Positions 8,811-19,770 of a DNA stretch of 64,000 nucleotides are shown one piece after another. The notes beneath the pieces were generated by a model that was not told the DNA's origin, did no database searches, and saw only the letters and a program-made list of their open reading frames with translations. Source of the DNA: an uncultured Bacteroidota bacterium (lineage in GTDB: Bacteria; Bacteroidota; Ignavibacteria; UBA10030); NCBI GenBank assembly GCA_963770945.1, contig CAVYRP010000013.1:79921-143920 (forward strand), written 5' to 3'. Numbering within the stretch: position 1 is the stretch's first letter; each line of letters starts with the position of its first letter. The position numbers and the translations under genes were made by a program.

Positions 8811-9290
8811 TTAAGTAAATATTATTTGAGCCCCTGCCGATCTCTCGTAAAACTGACCGACCGAAATTATATCGTCAACTTCCCTGCAAAAATCTTTTTT
8901 CCCAAGGTGAAACATATCGACAGAGGCCTTGCAGGCATAGATTTCGCAGCCGGCATCATGAATCATTGTTATAAATTCGCGAATAGGAGGTATATCGATT
9001 TTTTCCATTTCCTTCTTCATCATATTCGTCGCAAATGCGGACATACCCGGAATCATTCCTACAATTGTCGGCATGTGCATGCCGGGATTTCCGACTGTTG
9101 CTACTTTAATATTGTCCATTCTTTTTTCAATAATTCCGTCGAGGCCGAAGAAAGTAAAGAACAGTGTTGCATCGATTCCTTCCATACGAGCGCCGTTGGC
9201 CATGATCAACGCCGGATAAATACCTTCCAATGAGCCATGTGAAACAATGATCGACACTTTTTTTATAGGTTCATAGTTTGTTGTTTCCAT
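8811..9290 (-). CDS. DsrE/DsrF-like sulfur-relay family protein
   Basis: 159 aa. Contains VSIIVSHGSLEGIYPALIMANGA...LFFTFFGLD...IYACKASVDMF, typical of the DsrE2/COG2210-type proteins found next to sulfur oxidoreductases. Confidence 0.6.
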   Translation of the reverse strand: METTNYEPIKKVSIIVSHGSLEGIYPALIMANGARMEGIDATLFFTFFGLDGIIEKRMDNIKVATVGNPGMHMPTIVGMIPGMSAFATNMMKKEMEKIDIPPIREFITMIHDAGCEIYACKASVDMFHLGKKDFCREVDDIISVGQFYERSAGAQIIFT

Positions 9291-9308
9291 GAAGCAGTCT
9301 CCTTAGTA

Positions 9309-9611
9309 TTAAATACATCCTGTAGGTTTCGGTATCCCGGCAATCTTTGCCGCTTTTTTAGCGGGGCCTTTCGGAAAAAGCGCATACAACTCCTTTGTCT
9401 CGACACCGCTTTCTTTTGTAAGCCTGCGAATTGAAGGAGCGTCACCTTTTTCTATAAACTCCTTACGCATCAGGTTGATTACTTTCCAATGACGATCTGT
9501 CAGCGTATCGATACCTTCCTCAGCAGCCAGTTCTTTTGCAGTCTCTTCAGTCCAATCTTTATAGCTTATCAAATGCCCGTCTGCATCGCGTGCAAGATCT
9601 TTTGCGGCCAT
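9309..9611 (-). CDS. TusE/DsrC/DsvC family sulfur-relay protein (single C-terminal Cys)
   Basis: The C-terminus LFPKGPAKKAAKIAGIPKPTGCI matches the DsrC/TusE signature. The residue 11 positions before the terminal Cys is Ala, not Cys. Confidence 0.8.
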   Translation of the reverse strand: MAAKDLARDADGHLISYKDWTEETAKELAAEEGIDTLTDRHWKVINLMRKEFIEKGDAPSIRRLTKESGVETKELYALFPKGPAKKAAKIAGIPKPTGCI

Positions 9612-9661
9612 GTCAACCTCCTAATTTTCGTGTTGATAGTTCTTATTGTTTTGTATGTTCA

Positions 9662-10930
9662 TTAATTCGGATTAGATGTTTGTAATTCCAAAGCTCTTTG
9701 ATTTATTTTCCCGGCCATCGACATGTGCGATTCGATAATAGGAAGCTTGTAACCCTTAAGTAAAATATTCCAGTATATCCAGCGAAACATCATCTTGCCG
9801 TAATGATTCATCTTTGTTTCTTTAAGCAAAGAAAAAGGGCCGAAGGCAGGAAGAGGGAATTTTCCGGGCAGGGGCTCGGTATCGTAATTGAAATCTATAA
9901 GAATACCTTTGCCGAATCCGGATTCGATAAAACAATTTGCATGGCCGTCGAACTTTGTTTTCATAGGACGCTGTCCGATTACATCGAGCAGATTTTCAGT
10001 AAGTATTTCGGCCTGGAAATGGGCAACTGAACCTGCTTTGGAACTTGGCAGGTTTGTAGCATCGCCTAACACGAAAATATTCGCGTATTTTTCAGAACGC
10101 AGGGTTTGCTTATCAGTCGGAATAAAATTTAATTCATCGCCCAGTCCGCTACGTGCAACTACATCGTCGCCCATGTTGGTAGGTATAGTTATAAGGACAT
10201 CGAATGGAATCTCCTGTTCATCCCATGATATAATTTTCTTTTCAAGGTTGTCTACGCGGGCTATGCTGAAGTCAGTTGTCAGATTAATATTTTTTGAGGC
10301 CAGCATATTGCCGAACGCCTTTGAAGCGATCGGCCTTGTGAATGCTCCCGACAGCGGTGTTACATATTGTATATCAACTTTATCTCTAATTCCCTTTTTT
10401 GAAAAATACCAATCGGCAAGGAACACAAATTCCAGCGGCGCTACCGGACACTTAATCGGCATTTCCGCAATGTTAACAACTATTTTTCCACCCTCCCAGT
10501 TTTGGAAAAATCGTGCAAGATTCAGAGCTCCATCCAGTGTATAAAAATCAAAAATATTTTTATACCAGAGAGAATCTTTCAAGCCTTCGGTTTGTTCAGG
10601 AGCTATACGTGCACCCGTAGCAATGATCAGTAAATCATACGGAAGAGCAGAATCGTCGCCGAGCAGAATCCTGCTTTTATCCGCTTCTATAAGTTTCACC
10701 GGAGAGGTAACGGAGGTAACACCTGCGGGAAGTAAATTGTACACTGATTTTACAACGTCTTTTTTTTCGTAAATCCCGAAAGGTATGAATAGGAATCCGG
10801 GTTGATAATAGTGTTCCGTCGATTGATCGATTATTGTGATCTGCCATTCATTCCGGTTTAACAAATTGATTAATTTGTTCGCCATCATCGTGCCTGCGGT
10901 TCCAGCCCCGAGTATTACCAGATTTTTCAT
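9662..10930 (-). CDS. sqr: FAD-dependent sulfide:quinone oxidoreductase-like flavoprotein
   Basis: N-terminal GAGTAGT dinucleotide fold. PIKCPVAPLEF and FDGHANCFIESG resemble the two redox-Cys motifs of type II SQR (IKCAGAP / YDGYTSCP). Confidence 0.65.
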   Translation of the reverse strand: MKNLVILGAGTAGTMMANKLINLLNRNEWQITIIDQSTEHYYQPGFLFIPFGIYEKKDVVKSVYNLLPAGVTSVTSPVKLIEADKSRILLGDDSALPYDLLIIATGARIAPEQTEGLKDSLWYKNIFDFYTLDGALNLARFFQNWEGGKIVVNIAEMPIKCPVAPLEFVFLADWYFSKKGIRDKVDIQYVTPLSGAFTRPIASKAFGNMLASKNINLTTDFSIARVDNLEKKIISWDEQEIPFDVLITIPTNMGDDVVARSGLGDELNFIPTDKQTLRSEKYANIFVLGDATNLPSSKAGSVAHFQAEILTENLLDVIGQRPMKTKFDGHANCFIESGFGKGILIDFNYDTEPLPGKFPLPAFGPFSLLKETKMNHYGKMMFRWIYWNILLKGYKLPIIESHMSMAGKINQRALELQTSNPN

Positions 10931-11149
10931 AACATTCTCATATACGTTTATAAATATGTTCTCTCATATAAGGATTAAATGCTCTATTTATTAAAAAGGT
11001 TCAAAATTTAACCATAATTATAACAACTAATCGGCACGATTAAGTTCTGTTTGGTGTCTTGAAAAGGCAGACTTTCATCACTTTTTTGATAATCGCAAGC
11101 TTTTTGCGTATTTTATTTAATATTCTCAACCTGACTTGACGGAAACTAT

Positions 11150-12837
11150 ATGATAACTGCCGATAAAAACGATTTTATTCGAGAAATTATTGATGAAGAT
11201 ATCCTTGCCAATGTAAACGAGAGGCGTGTACATACGCGTTTTCCTCCCGAGCCAAACGGATACCTCCATATTGGACATGCTAAATCTATTCTTTTGAATT
11301 ACGGAATTGCAAAAGACTTCAATGGAAAATTCAATGTCCGATTTGACGACACAAATCCCGAGAAAGAAGAACAGGAATATGTCGATTCGATTATTGAAGA
11401 TGTAAAGTGGCTCGGAGCCAAATTTGAAGATCGATTATTTTACGCTTCCGATTATTTCGAGCAAATGTATCAGTATGCAGTCGATCTGATTAAAAAGGGA
11501 AAAGCGTACGTCTGCGACCTCAACGGAGATGAAATTCGAGCCAACTCGCGGCACATTGACGGAACCAGGCAAGGAAAGCCCCTATCGAAACCGGAATGTC
11601 GAAGAAAATCTCGATTTGTTCGAACGGATGCGAAAAGGAGAATTCCCCAACGGAACAAAGACACTGCGCGCTAAAATCGACATGGCATCACCGAACATCA
11701 ATTTACGCGATCCGATTATGTATAGAATCGTTCATGAAGATCATCACCGGCAGGGTAATGCCTGGTGCATTTATCCGACTTACGATTGGGCTCATGGACT
11801 TGAAGATTCGATTGGAAAAGATCACTCACTCTATCTGTACTCTTGAATTCGAAAACCATCGTCCCTTATATGATTGGTTTCTTGAGAACCTTGGAATATA
11901 TCATCCGCGGCAAATTGAATTTGCTCGGCTCAATATTACATACACAGTGCTGAGCAAACGGAAACTGCTTCAGCTTGTTCAGGAAAAACATGTCAGCGGC
12001 TGGGATGACCCCCGTATGCCGACGCTTGCCGGATTTCGCCGGCGCGGATATACTGCCGATTCGATTAAAGTATTCTGCGATAAAATCGGTGTTTCAAAAA
12101 AAGACAGTACAATAGATGTTGCTATGCTGGAATGGAGTATCCGGGAGGATCTTAATAAGAACGCGCAGCGTGCGATGGCTGTGTTGAATCCGATAAAAGT
12201 AGTATTGACCAATTATCCTGAGAACAAAACCGAAGAACTTCCTGCAGTCAATAATCCGGAAAACGAATCTGCCGGTTCACGCATGGTTCCGTTCAGCCGT
12301 GAATTGTATATCGATCAGGAAGATTTTCGCGAAGTCCCGCCGCCTAAATATTACCGGCTGTCGCCGGGAACGGAAGTGCGGCTGCGGTATGCATATATCA
12401 TCAAATGCGAAAAAGTAATAAAAGATGCACAGGGTAATATCACTGAGCTTCATTGTACATATGATCCTGAAACAAAAAGCGGAACGGCTGCTGCAAACCG
12501 AAAAGTAAAATCGACAATTCATTGGGTATCGGCACATGATGCAGTTAATGCAGAAGTTCGGTTATATGACCGCCTCTTTATAAAAGAAGATCCCAATGAA
12601 GCAGAAGAAGGGAAAGATTTTCTCTCAAACATAAATCCGAAATCTTTGCAGGTACTTGCAAATTGCAAATTGGAACCCATGCTGGGCAAAGCCGCACCCG
12701 GAGACCGGTTCCAGTTTGAACGAACGGGATACTTCTGTGCAGATCCAAAAGATTCAAAACCGGGCGCGCCTGTATTCAACCGCATTGTCACATTGAAAGA
12801 TACCTGGGTGAAAATTGAGCAGAAGGGGAAGAAATAA
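11150..12837 (+). CDS. glnS: glutaminyl-tRNA synthetase, frame broken twice (probable sequencing indels)
   Basis: Contains HIGH ([14 protein letters not shown]), [33 protein letters not shown] and VLSKRKL. Removing one a at about 11543/44 (ccaac) and one g at about 11814/15 (ttggaa) restores a single ORF. Confidence 0.93.
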
Positions 12838-12850
12838 TTATCCTCGCATA

Positions 12851-12885
12851 TAGAAGGAGTTTATCTTTAAAATGGGCTCCTTCTA
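12851..12885. terminator. hairpin between convergent glnS and GNAT genes
   Basis: A 9-bp stem joins tagaaggag (12851..12859) to ctccttcta (12877..12885), with a 17-nt loop. No clear U-tract. Confidence 0.4.
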
Positions 12886-13698
12886 CTACCCGCAATAACC
12901 CGTTCCTCTATTATAGACCATATCGGGTTTCCAGTTTACATCTTTACCTAAAACCATTCTCGGGGCTCTGCGGTATTCTTGAAATCCCTCGGACAATAAA
13001 TATTCTTGAGCAATCTTATTCGACGATGGAACAGCTATTTTTGTCTTTCCTTGATTGAATCGAAATTTCACCAGCATTAATCCTGCCGCAGGTTCTTCTG
13101 CAATTATTAATCCGGCGCCGTAATCCGGAAGATAAACTCCGCTGATATCGCCTGACTTTCCCGGATCATAGACCCATCCGGTTGAAAGGAATCGTTCTAG
13201 AAAATTAAATCGCTTTTCTCCGGATACTTTTCTATCAAGCTCTTTTATTTTTTCAAAGTCTTCGTTCTTGATTTCTCTCACATTTGAAATTTGCTGAATG
13301 GGAAGAATCGATTCACGCTTAAAAAATACATACGCGGCACTTGTTATAAATCCGAGCTTTCTGTAGACCGGTTCACCCATTTCACTTGCAATCAATATCT
13401 GGTTCTCACATCCTTTGCTTCTGCAATATTCTGAAAGGTGAGAGGTTATTCCTGTCCCGATGCCTTGTCCGCGGTATTCCGGAAGAACGATAATTGTTCC
13501 AAGCCAGCCGACAGGTCCATGCAGCATTGCAATTCCGCATCCGACAATCTTGTTATCCGCCTCGGCTGCTACAGGGTAGAAATATGGATATCCAAAATGA
13601 AAAGAGATTACCTGCGGAAGATCTAAATTCCAATCTTCCGGAGGAAAATTTTGAAGCTGCGGGATTTCCGGTTTTGAGAGTTTTCTTATCTTAATCAA
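12886..13698 (-). CDS. GNAT family N-acetyltransferase (two-domain)
   Basis: Contains VLPEYRGQGIGTGITSHL (the Q/RxxGxG motif). A C-terminal extension of about 120 aa follows. Confidence 0.7.
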   Translation of the reverse strand: MIKIRKLSKPEIPQLQNFPPEDWNLDLPQVISFHFGYPYFYPVAAEADNKIVGCGIAMLHGPVGWLGTIIVLPEYRGQGIGTGITSHLSEYCRSKGCENQILIASEMGEPVYRKLGFITSAAYVFFKRESILPIQQISNVREIKNEDFEKIKELDRKVSGEKRFNFLERFLSTGWVYDPGKSGDISGVYLPDYGAGLIIAEEPAAGLMLVKFRFNQGKTKIAVPSSNKIAQEYLLSEGFQEYRRAPRMVLGKDVNWKPDMVYNRGTGYCG

Positions 13699-15385
13699 AA
13701 TTTGATTCCTATGTCTTCCGGCAGGGCCGGTTCGACAAATATTGTTTTTTCACGTTCCAGTGTAACGGTGCCCGCAGGAACTCCCTTCGGCTTTCTTACG
13801 TACTTACCTTCGCACATCGCCACCGGAACTAATTTTGAATTTTTCATTTTACTGTAATATGCCGCAACTGCGGCAGCTTGCTCAATGGCTTTCTTGCTTA
13901 CCTCGCCTTTTCCGGTCCCAATCTTTAAAACAACATGCGAACCGCCTACTCCCCGCGCATGAAACCAGAGATCATTCTTTGCCGTATGGCGTGTTGAAAG
14001 CAAATCGTTGTTCTCGCCGCTTTTTCCCGCCCACACTTGAAATCCGCCCGCAACCGTAAATACGCGGAACGGCAAGGATTCCTCTTTTTTTACATGTCCT
14101 GATTTTTTTGTTTTGATGCCGAATTTTGCAAGCTCTTCCTGATTTTCTTTTACAAAGAGATGCAGGTCATCTTCTGTTACAACTTCTTCCATCCGTAAAA
14201 GAAGTTTGAGAGGCCGAATTCCTTTTGTCGGCCAATTCAATTACTCGTTGACGCTGTTCTTCCGCAGCACGCCGGGATTTGACGGCTTTCTCAAAGTAAC
14301 GCTCTGCATTCTTTGCCGGATTTAAATGCGTGTCAAGCTGTATTTCAATTAGATCATTGGACCGGTCGATAAAATTTTCCACCAGCGCCGTTGAATCGCC
14401 TTTTTTAATAAGATGCAGATGGCTTATTAAAAGCTTGCCGAATCTTTCGTACTGATCTGCCCGGTTTGAGTTCTCTGCTTCAACCGTGATTCTTTGCAGC
14501 GATCGTTCAATCCGGCTCAGTTCGCTTTTCAGTACTTTCAATATTTCCTCCTTCTCGCGAAGGATGGTCTTTTGATGACGTAATTGTGAACGAAATGCTT
14601 GGATTGCTTCCGAAACAGTTTCGTATTTCTGAAATTCAAATTCACTAAGATGCTGCAGCGGAATCAATGAAAAACGAACAGGCGATGTGTCGTCCGAATA
14701 CACACGCGGCGACGGCAAAGCAAGAAGCTCTTCTTTCATTTGCCGCGCATCATTTAACAGCCGGGCAGTTTCATTTTCCGACAAACCGGCAGAGTATTTG
14801 TTCTCCGTTTAAACCGGAACGGGCAAGCAATTCCCTGACAAGGACGGTACCAAATTGCGGTAATATGTGTTTCAACATCATTGCGAGCGGCCTGCCGGTG
14901 TACGCTGCTGCGATGCCGCCATGCAGCGATTCCGGAATATCCGGATATTGAATCCGGGAAGACAAATCAAGTTTTGTATTTATAAGATCTGATTTTTTCA
15001 AAAACAGATCGGTTACCGTACCGCCGGTATCAACGAAAAGAACATTCGCGTTAGGCCCGAATAATTGTACAATCAATTCGCGCCTGTCTTCAAATTGAAA
15101 ATGTATTTGCCGGTCTCCCGGATGTATTGAAATCTTTTTAATTATTGTTCCATGAACTTCGGGAAAAATATCCGCTGAGTTGCGGTGCGCGCGAACAAAT
15201 TCTTTTCGCGCATAAATATAATTGTCCGCCGGTTCACATCCGACTAAAATGACGGCTGAAGTTTCTCGAAACGACAGAATTAATTCACCCCGGAATTGAG
15301 TAAAGATTTCGTCCACTATTCGTCCGGTGAATTCCTTATTCAGTTCGGCTGCCAGGTGAAATAATGTGTAGTAATTGGTAATCAT
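13695..15385 (-). CDS. NFACT/FbpA-like RNA-binding protein (RqcH-like, DUF814 C-terminal domain), frame broken twice
   Basis: Three contiguous pieces make up the gene. The C-terminal piece has LWFHARGVGGSHVVLK...AAAVAAYYSK (NFACT-R/DUF814). The breaks are near 14800 and in the run at 14223..14226 (minus-strand gacaaaagg). Both are net +1. Confidence 0.8.
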
Positions 15386-15574
15386 CGGTATCTGCTATTT
15401 ATCCACAAATCATACCTAAAATCAGTAAAATTGCAAGGAATTGCAATCCTGATGTGGATAACTCGTGAATATCGAAGTGCAGATGATGTGCAAAAGTAAA
15501 CCTTGCCCTCCCATCGAATTTTCCGTACCTTTTGATATAAAATTCTATTTCGAGGAGCTTCCGTGGTAGCAAGC

Positions 15575-16445
15575 ATGACCGGCTTTGGCCGTGCCGAAGT
15601 CAGCAGGGACGGTATTAATATCAATGTAGAAGTGCGAAGTGTTAACAGCCGTTATCTTGATCTAACGCTGCGGCTGCCGCGTAATTTTTCGCAGCGTGAA
15701 AAGGAATTAAAGGATATTGTCCGTAAATATTTAAATCGCGGTAATTTGAATATCACCGTCAAGATCGCGCATGATGCTAATGGCGCTATTCCTCTGAAAG
15801 TGAATAAAGCGGCGGCAAAGTCGTACTTTAAACTTCTCAATGATATCCGTAAATCCGTAAAGATCCGCGAGCAGGTAGGACTTGAGCACCTATTAACTTT
15901 CTCCGAAGTTTTCGAACCGATCGAGGAAAAAGAGACCGATGAACTTGAGTGGAAACTTGTGGAAGAGACAGTTCAGTCAGGCATTGGAAAATCTCAATGT
16001 CATGCGTGCTCAAGAAGGAAGCGAATTGGCAAAGGATCTGGAAAACCGCATTCACTGGATGGAAAATATTTTAAATGAAGTAGAGAAACTTTCAAAGGAA
16101 CGGATCCCGGACGAGCGAAAAAACCTGCATGAACGTGTTGAGCAGTTGATAGAAGACAAGTTCGTTATAGACCAGAACAGGCTGGAACTGGAAATAGCTT
16201 TGATAGCCGACAAGCTTGATATTACGGAAGAATGCGTCCGGTACAGAAGTCATAACAAGTTTTTTCTTGAAGCGCTTAATAAGAATGAAGCAGCCGGCCG
16301 TAAATTGAATTTTCTGGTACAGGAAATGAACCGCGAAGCAAATACAATCAGTTCCAAATCTAATGATGCAAACATTGCACATTTGATTATCGGATTGAAA
16401 GAAGAGCTGGAAAAAATTCGTGAACAGCTTCAGAACATAGAGTAG
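15575..16445 (+). CDS. yicC: YicC/YloC family stress-induced protein, frame broken once
   Basis: Starts MTGFGRAEV. The C-terminal LNFLVQEMNREANTISSKSND is the YicC hallmark. Break near 15975 (net +1). Confidence 0.85.
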
Positions 16446-16509
16446 CACTAAGCGATTTTATAAACAGTTAGCCGGCAAAAAGCCGGATTCATCTACGACT
16501 CAATAATCA

Positions 16510-17071
16510 ATGGCCAGAGGAAAGCTCATTGTTATATCGGCACCCAGCGGATGCGGGAAAACTACAATTGCAAAAGCGATTCTTTCAAAACATCCGGCAA
16601 TGCTTTTTTCCGTGTCCGCAACAACACGGCCTGTACGCAGCGGTGAAGTAAACGGAAAAGATTATTTCTTTCTGTCAAGACGGGAATTTGAGGATCGTAT
16701 TGGAACCGGAGATTTAACAGAGTGGGAAGAAATTTACGGAAATTATTACGGGACGTTAAAAAGCGAAATTCATAGAGCGCTTGATAACGGTTATTCAATG
16801 ATATTTGATGTAGATGTGAAAGGTGCATTATCGATTCGGCGGAATTTTCCCGGACGATTCCGTTCTTATTTTTATAAAACCGCCGAGTATGGAAGTACTG
16901 ACGAACCGGCTGATGAACCGGAAAACAGAGAACCCGGAGACTCTCAAGCGGAGACTGGATCGCGTACCGATGGAATTAGATCAGGGTGTTCATTTTGATT
17001 TTCAAGTAATTAACGATGATCTCGATAAAGCAATAACTGAAGTAGACGAGATCGTTCAAAAGAATTTATAA
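16510..17071 (+). CDS. gmk: guanylate kinase, frame broken once
   Basis: P-loop SAPSGCGKTT and SATTRPVRSGEVNGKDYFF are present. The frame shifts in the tttt/ccc runs at 16845..16851 (net +1), after which DSVLIFIKPPSMEVLTNRL continues. Confidence 0.9.
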
Positions 17072-17110
17072 AACACATAACAATACTCATAGTGTAACGG
17101 AGGAAATCCA

Positions 17111-17467
17111 GTGGCAGTTAAACCAGTTGCGATGCATGAATTTTTAGAACAGACCGGCAATATCTACGAAGCAATTATCGTTGCCGCGAAACGAGCACGG
17201 CAAATTCACGATGATTTTAAAATCGAATTATCGCAGCAGCTCGAAACGCTCAAAGCGTTAAATGCAACACCGGAACCGGAAGATGACAGTGAAGTTACTG
17301 TTGCAAATCCGGATCAATTAAAAATCAGCCTGGAATTTGAGAAGCGCAGGAAGCCGACAGAACTTGCAATCGACGAGGTTCGGGAAAAGAAGATCCCTTA
17401 CCGCTATAAGGAACATGTCGATTTCTTTACAAAGACTTCTGCCAAAGAAACTACGACCGAAGAATAA
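17111..17467 (+). CDS. rpoZ: DNA-directed RNA polymerase subunit omega
   Basis: GTG start. Contains NIYEAIIVAAKRARQI. It sits in the conserved gmk-rpoZ-coaBC position. Confidence 0.75.
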   Translation: MAVKPVAMHEFLEQTGNIYEAIIVAAKRARQIHDDFKIELSQQLETLKALNATPEPEDDSEVTVANPDQLKISLEFEKRRKPTELAIDEVREKKIPYRYKEHVDFFTKTSAKETTTEE

Positions 17468-17478
17468 CGGAATAAAAA

Positions 17479-18687
17479 ATGCGCGGCAGGCATGTATTAA
17501 TCGGAGTTACAGGCGGAATTGCAGCTTATAAAGTCGGCTATCTTATCCGCGATCTTGTGAAGTCCGGAGCCGAAGTAAAAGTGATGATGACGGAAGCGGG
17601 AACACGTTTTGTCACTCCGCTTACATTCTCTGTGCTTTCAAAGAATCCGGTTTATACCGATCTCTGGACAAATAACCAGACGTCGAATCCTGACATCAGC
17701 ACACAGCATATCGATCTTGCTAATTGGGCGGATGTGCTGGTAATTGCACCCGCATCGGCAAATACAATAGCAAAACTTGCCTACGGAATTTCAGATAACC
17801 TGCTCGCCGTTGTTGCTCTGGCAACAACTCGGCCTATAATTCTTGCACCGACCATGGATGCAGAAATGTATCTGAATCCGGTTACGCAGAGCAATCTGTT
17901 GTCGCTTAAAGAACGCGGTTATATCGTTATCGATCCGGTCAAAGGCGAACTTGCCAGCGGATTAACCGGGCCGGGACGCCTGCCTGAAATTAAAATTATT
18001 ATTGATACGATTGAAAAAATTCTCGATCAATCACTCCAGGATTTAAAGACGAAACGGATTCTTGTAACGGCAGGACCGACATACGAAGCAATCGATCCTG
18101 TCCGATTTGTGGGAAATCGTTCTTCCGGCAAAATGGGTTTCGCAATAGCAAATGCCGCCGCCCAGCGCGGCGCTGTAGTAACGCTTGTTGCAGGACCGAC
18201 GCATCTCGAAACACCGCGCAATGTAACTCGAATCGATATTGAATCGGCACAGGAAATGCTGAATGCTGTTATTGCCGGCGCAAAAAAAGCAGATGCCGTG
18301 ATAATGGCGGCTGCCGTCGCCGATTACAAACCTGCAAATACAGCGAAACATAAAATTAAAAAACATTCGAACTCCAAGACACTGGAATTGCAGCTCGAGA
18401 CGACAACCGATATTCTCGCAGTACTCGGCAAAAAAAAGCGGTCAACGGTCCTGATAGGTTTCGCATTGGAAACAAAGGATGAAATTGCAAACGCAAAGGA
18501 AAAACTAAAAAAGAAGAACCTTGATCTCATCGTGCTTAATTCCTTTGGTAAACAGAACCGTGTATTCGGTTCAAATCTTAATACCGTCGCTATAATCGAT
18601 AGAAACGGCAAAATCGAACAACTTCCCATTATGCCGAAGTTCGATGCAGCAAACAAAATTCTTAATAGGATAAAAAGTCTCTTATAG
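17479..18687 (+). CDS. coaBC: bifunctional phosphopantothenoylcysteine decarboxylase / phosphopantothenate-cysteine ligase
   Basis: Has the N-terminal flavoprotein domain (LIGVTGGIAAYK...PASANTIAK) and the C-terminal CoaB domain (LVTAGPTYEAIDPVRFVGNRSSGKMG...AAAVADYKP). Confidence 0.93.
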   Translation: MRGRHVLIGVTGGIAAYKVGYLIRDLVKSGAEVKVMMTEAGTRFVTPLTFSVLSKNPVYTDLWTNNQTSNPDISTQHIDLANWADVLVIAPASANTIAKLAYGISDNLLAVVALATTRPIILAPTMDAEMYLNPVTQSNLLSLKERGYIVIDPVKGELASGLTGPGRLPEIKIIIDTIEKILDQSLQDLKTKRILVTAGPTYEAIDPVRFVGNRSSGKMGFAIANAAAQRGAVVTLVAGPTHLETPRNVTRIDIESAQEMLNAVIAGAKKADAVIMAAAVADYKPANTAKHKIKKHSNSKTLELQLETTTDILAVLGKKKRSTVLIGFALETKDEIANAKEKLKKKNLDLIVLNSFGKQNRVFGSNLNTVAIIDRNGKIEQLPIMPKFDAANKILNRIKSLL

Positions 18688-18727
18688 TTTTCAGGAAATT
18701 TTAATCCCTGATAATAGATCCCAATTT

Positions 18728-18757
18728 TCTCTCCTGTTTAAAAGGAGAGATTTTTTT
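18728..18757 (+). terminator. rho-independent terminator after coaBC
   Basis: An 8-bp stem joins tctctcct to aggagaga with loop gtttaaa. A run of seven T (18751..18757) follows. Confidence 0.8.
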
Positions 18758-18794
18758 CATTGGTATCGAATTAGAAAATTAAATTACCAGACCT

Positions 18795-19637
18795 ATGTCT
18801 CTTGACGACGATTTCAATAATTTGCTTTCCGATACTCAGCGTTACCTTAAGCAGCAAACAGATCTTTACGGCGACTCGCTGATGATTCCAAAAACCACCG
18901 CTCAACCTGCAGTGGATCAGACCGCTCATCAAAAAGAACAATCTCTCTCAACTATAAAAAAGGAATCCGTGATTCGAGAACCGGTAACAAATCTATTTGG
19001 AAAACCTGCCGCGGCTCAAGCAGATTCGCCTCTTCAAGCATACCCCGCGGAACCCTGGGTATCTGCGGAGAACATTCCATCGCTCAACCAGGCGATTAAT
19101 ACCTGTTTAAAATGCGGACTTGGCAAGACACGAACAAAGTTCGTTTTTGGCGTCGGCAATCCGAAAGCGGAAGCTGTAGTCGTCGGCGAAGCGCCGGGAG
19201 CCGATGAAGATGCACAAGGCGAGCCGTTTGTCGGCCGCGGCGGACAGCTGCTGAATAAAATTCTAGAATCGATTCATTTTAAGCGCGAAGAAGTTTTTAT
19301 CTGCAACATTCTCAAATGCCGGCCGCCAAATAACCGCGATCCGCAGCCGGAAGAAATCGAATTATGCGAACCGTATTTATGGAAACAACTTGAATTAATT
19401 AAACCAAAAATAATTCTTTGTGTCGGACGCATCGCCGGGCAATCACTGCTGAAAACGAATGCCTCCCTGTCAGTTTTACGCGGCAAAGTGCATGATTACC
19501 GAGGTATTCCGCTGATGGTTACATATCATCCAGCCGCATTGCTGCGAAATCCAAACTGGAAAAGGCCATGCTGGGAAGATGTACAGCAGTTTAGAAAATT
19601 ATACGAAGAATTAACAAATAAAGATGCTGTAAAATAG
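18795..19637 (+). CDS. uracil-DNA glycosylase, family 4, with N-terminal extension
   Basis: Contains [26 protein letters not shown] (motif A GEAPG), a CLKCGL Fe-S cysteine, and HPAALLRNP (motif B). Confidence 0.88.
   Translation: MSLDDDFNNLLSDTQRYLKQQTDLYGDSLMIPKTTAQPAVDQTAHQKEQSLSTIKKESVIREPVTNLFGKPAAAQADSPLQAYPAEPWVSAENIPSLNQAINTCLKCGLGKTRTKFVFGVGNPKAEAVVVGEAPGADEDAQGEPFVGRGGQLLNKILESIHFKREEVFICNILKCRPPNNRDPQPEEIELCEPYLWKQLELIKPKIILCVGRIAGQSLLKTNASLSVLRGKVHDYRGIPLMVTYHPAALLRNPNWKRPCWEDVQQFRKLYEELTNKDAVK
19572..19616 (+). repeat. direct repeat copy 1 (last ~15 codons of the UDG gene)
   Basis: The sequence tgggaagatgtacagcagtttagaaaattatacgaagaattaaca recurs at 19726..19770 with 2 mismatches. 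Confidence 0.9.
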
Positions 19638-19643
19638 AAAAGT

Positions 19644-19664
19644 TCCCGCCAAAAAACGGCGGGA
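19644..19664 (+). terminator. GC hairpin after the UDG stop
   Basis: Stem tcccgcc / ggcggga with an A-rich loop, followed by ttctgaatt (a weak U-tract). Confidence 0.45.
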
Positions 19665-19725
19665 TTCTGAATTCAACGATTGATTTAGCTGCGCTATGCT
19701 TGCTAAATCAAGTTGAATTCGAAGT

Positions 19726-19770
19726 TGGGAAGATGTACAGCAGTTTAGAAAACTATACGAAGAATTGACA
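19726..19770 (+). repeat. direct repeat copy 2 (orphan copy of the UDG 3' end)
   Basis: Matches copy 1 at 43 of 45 positions. Read in the same phase it gives [18 protein letters not shown] and then a stop at 19780..19782. Confidence 0.9.

Noticed and set aside
9888-10544. Long antisense ORFs in the track. Examples are 9888..10544 (+) inside the SQR-like gene, 42332..42841 (+) inside larB/rubrerythrin, 20739..21047 (-) inside the VIT1 gene, and 44490..44852 and 45620..45982 (+) inside the permease genes.
   Set aside because: Each lies entirely opposite a gene with strong family motifs, has no recognisable motifs of its own, and shows low-complexity composition typical of shadow ORFs.
11150-12837. 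glnS frameshifts as programmed ribosomal frameshifting, or as a true pseudogene.
   Set aside because: There is no slippery heptamer or downstream structure at either site. Two consecutive +1 events would both be required. The same kind of break occurs in 15 other unrelated genes, so sequence error is the economical explanation.
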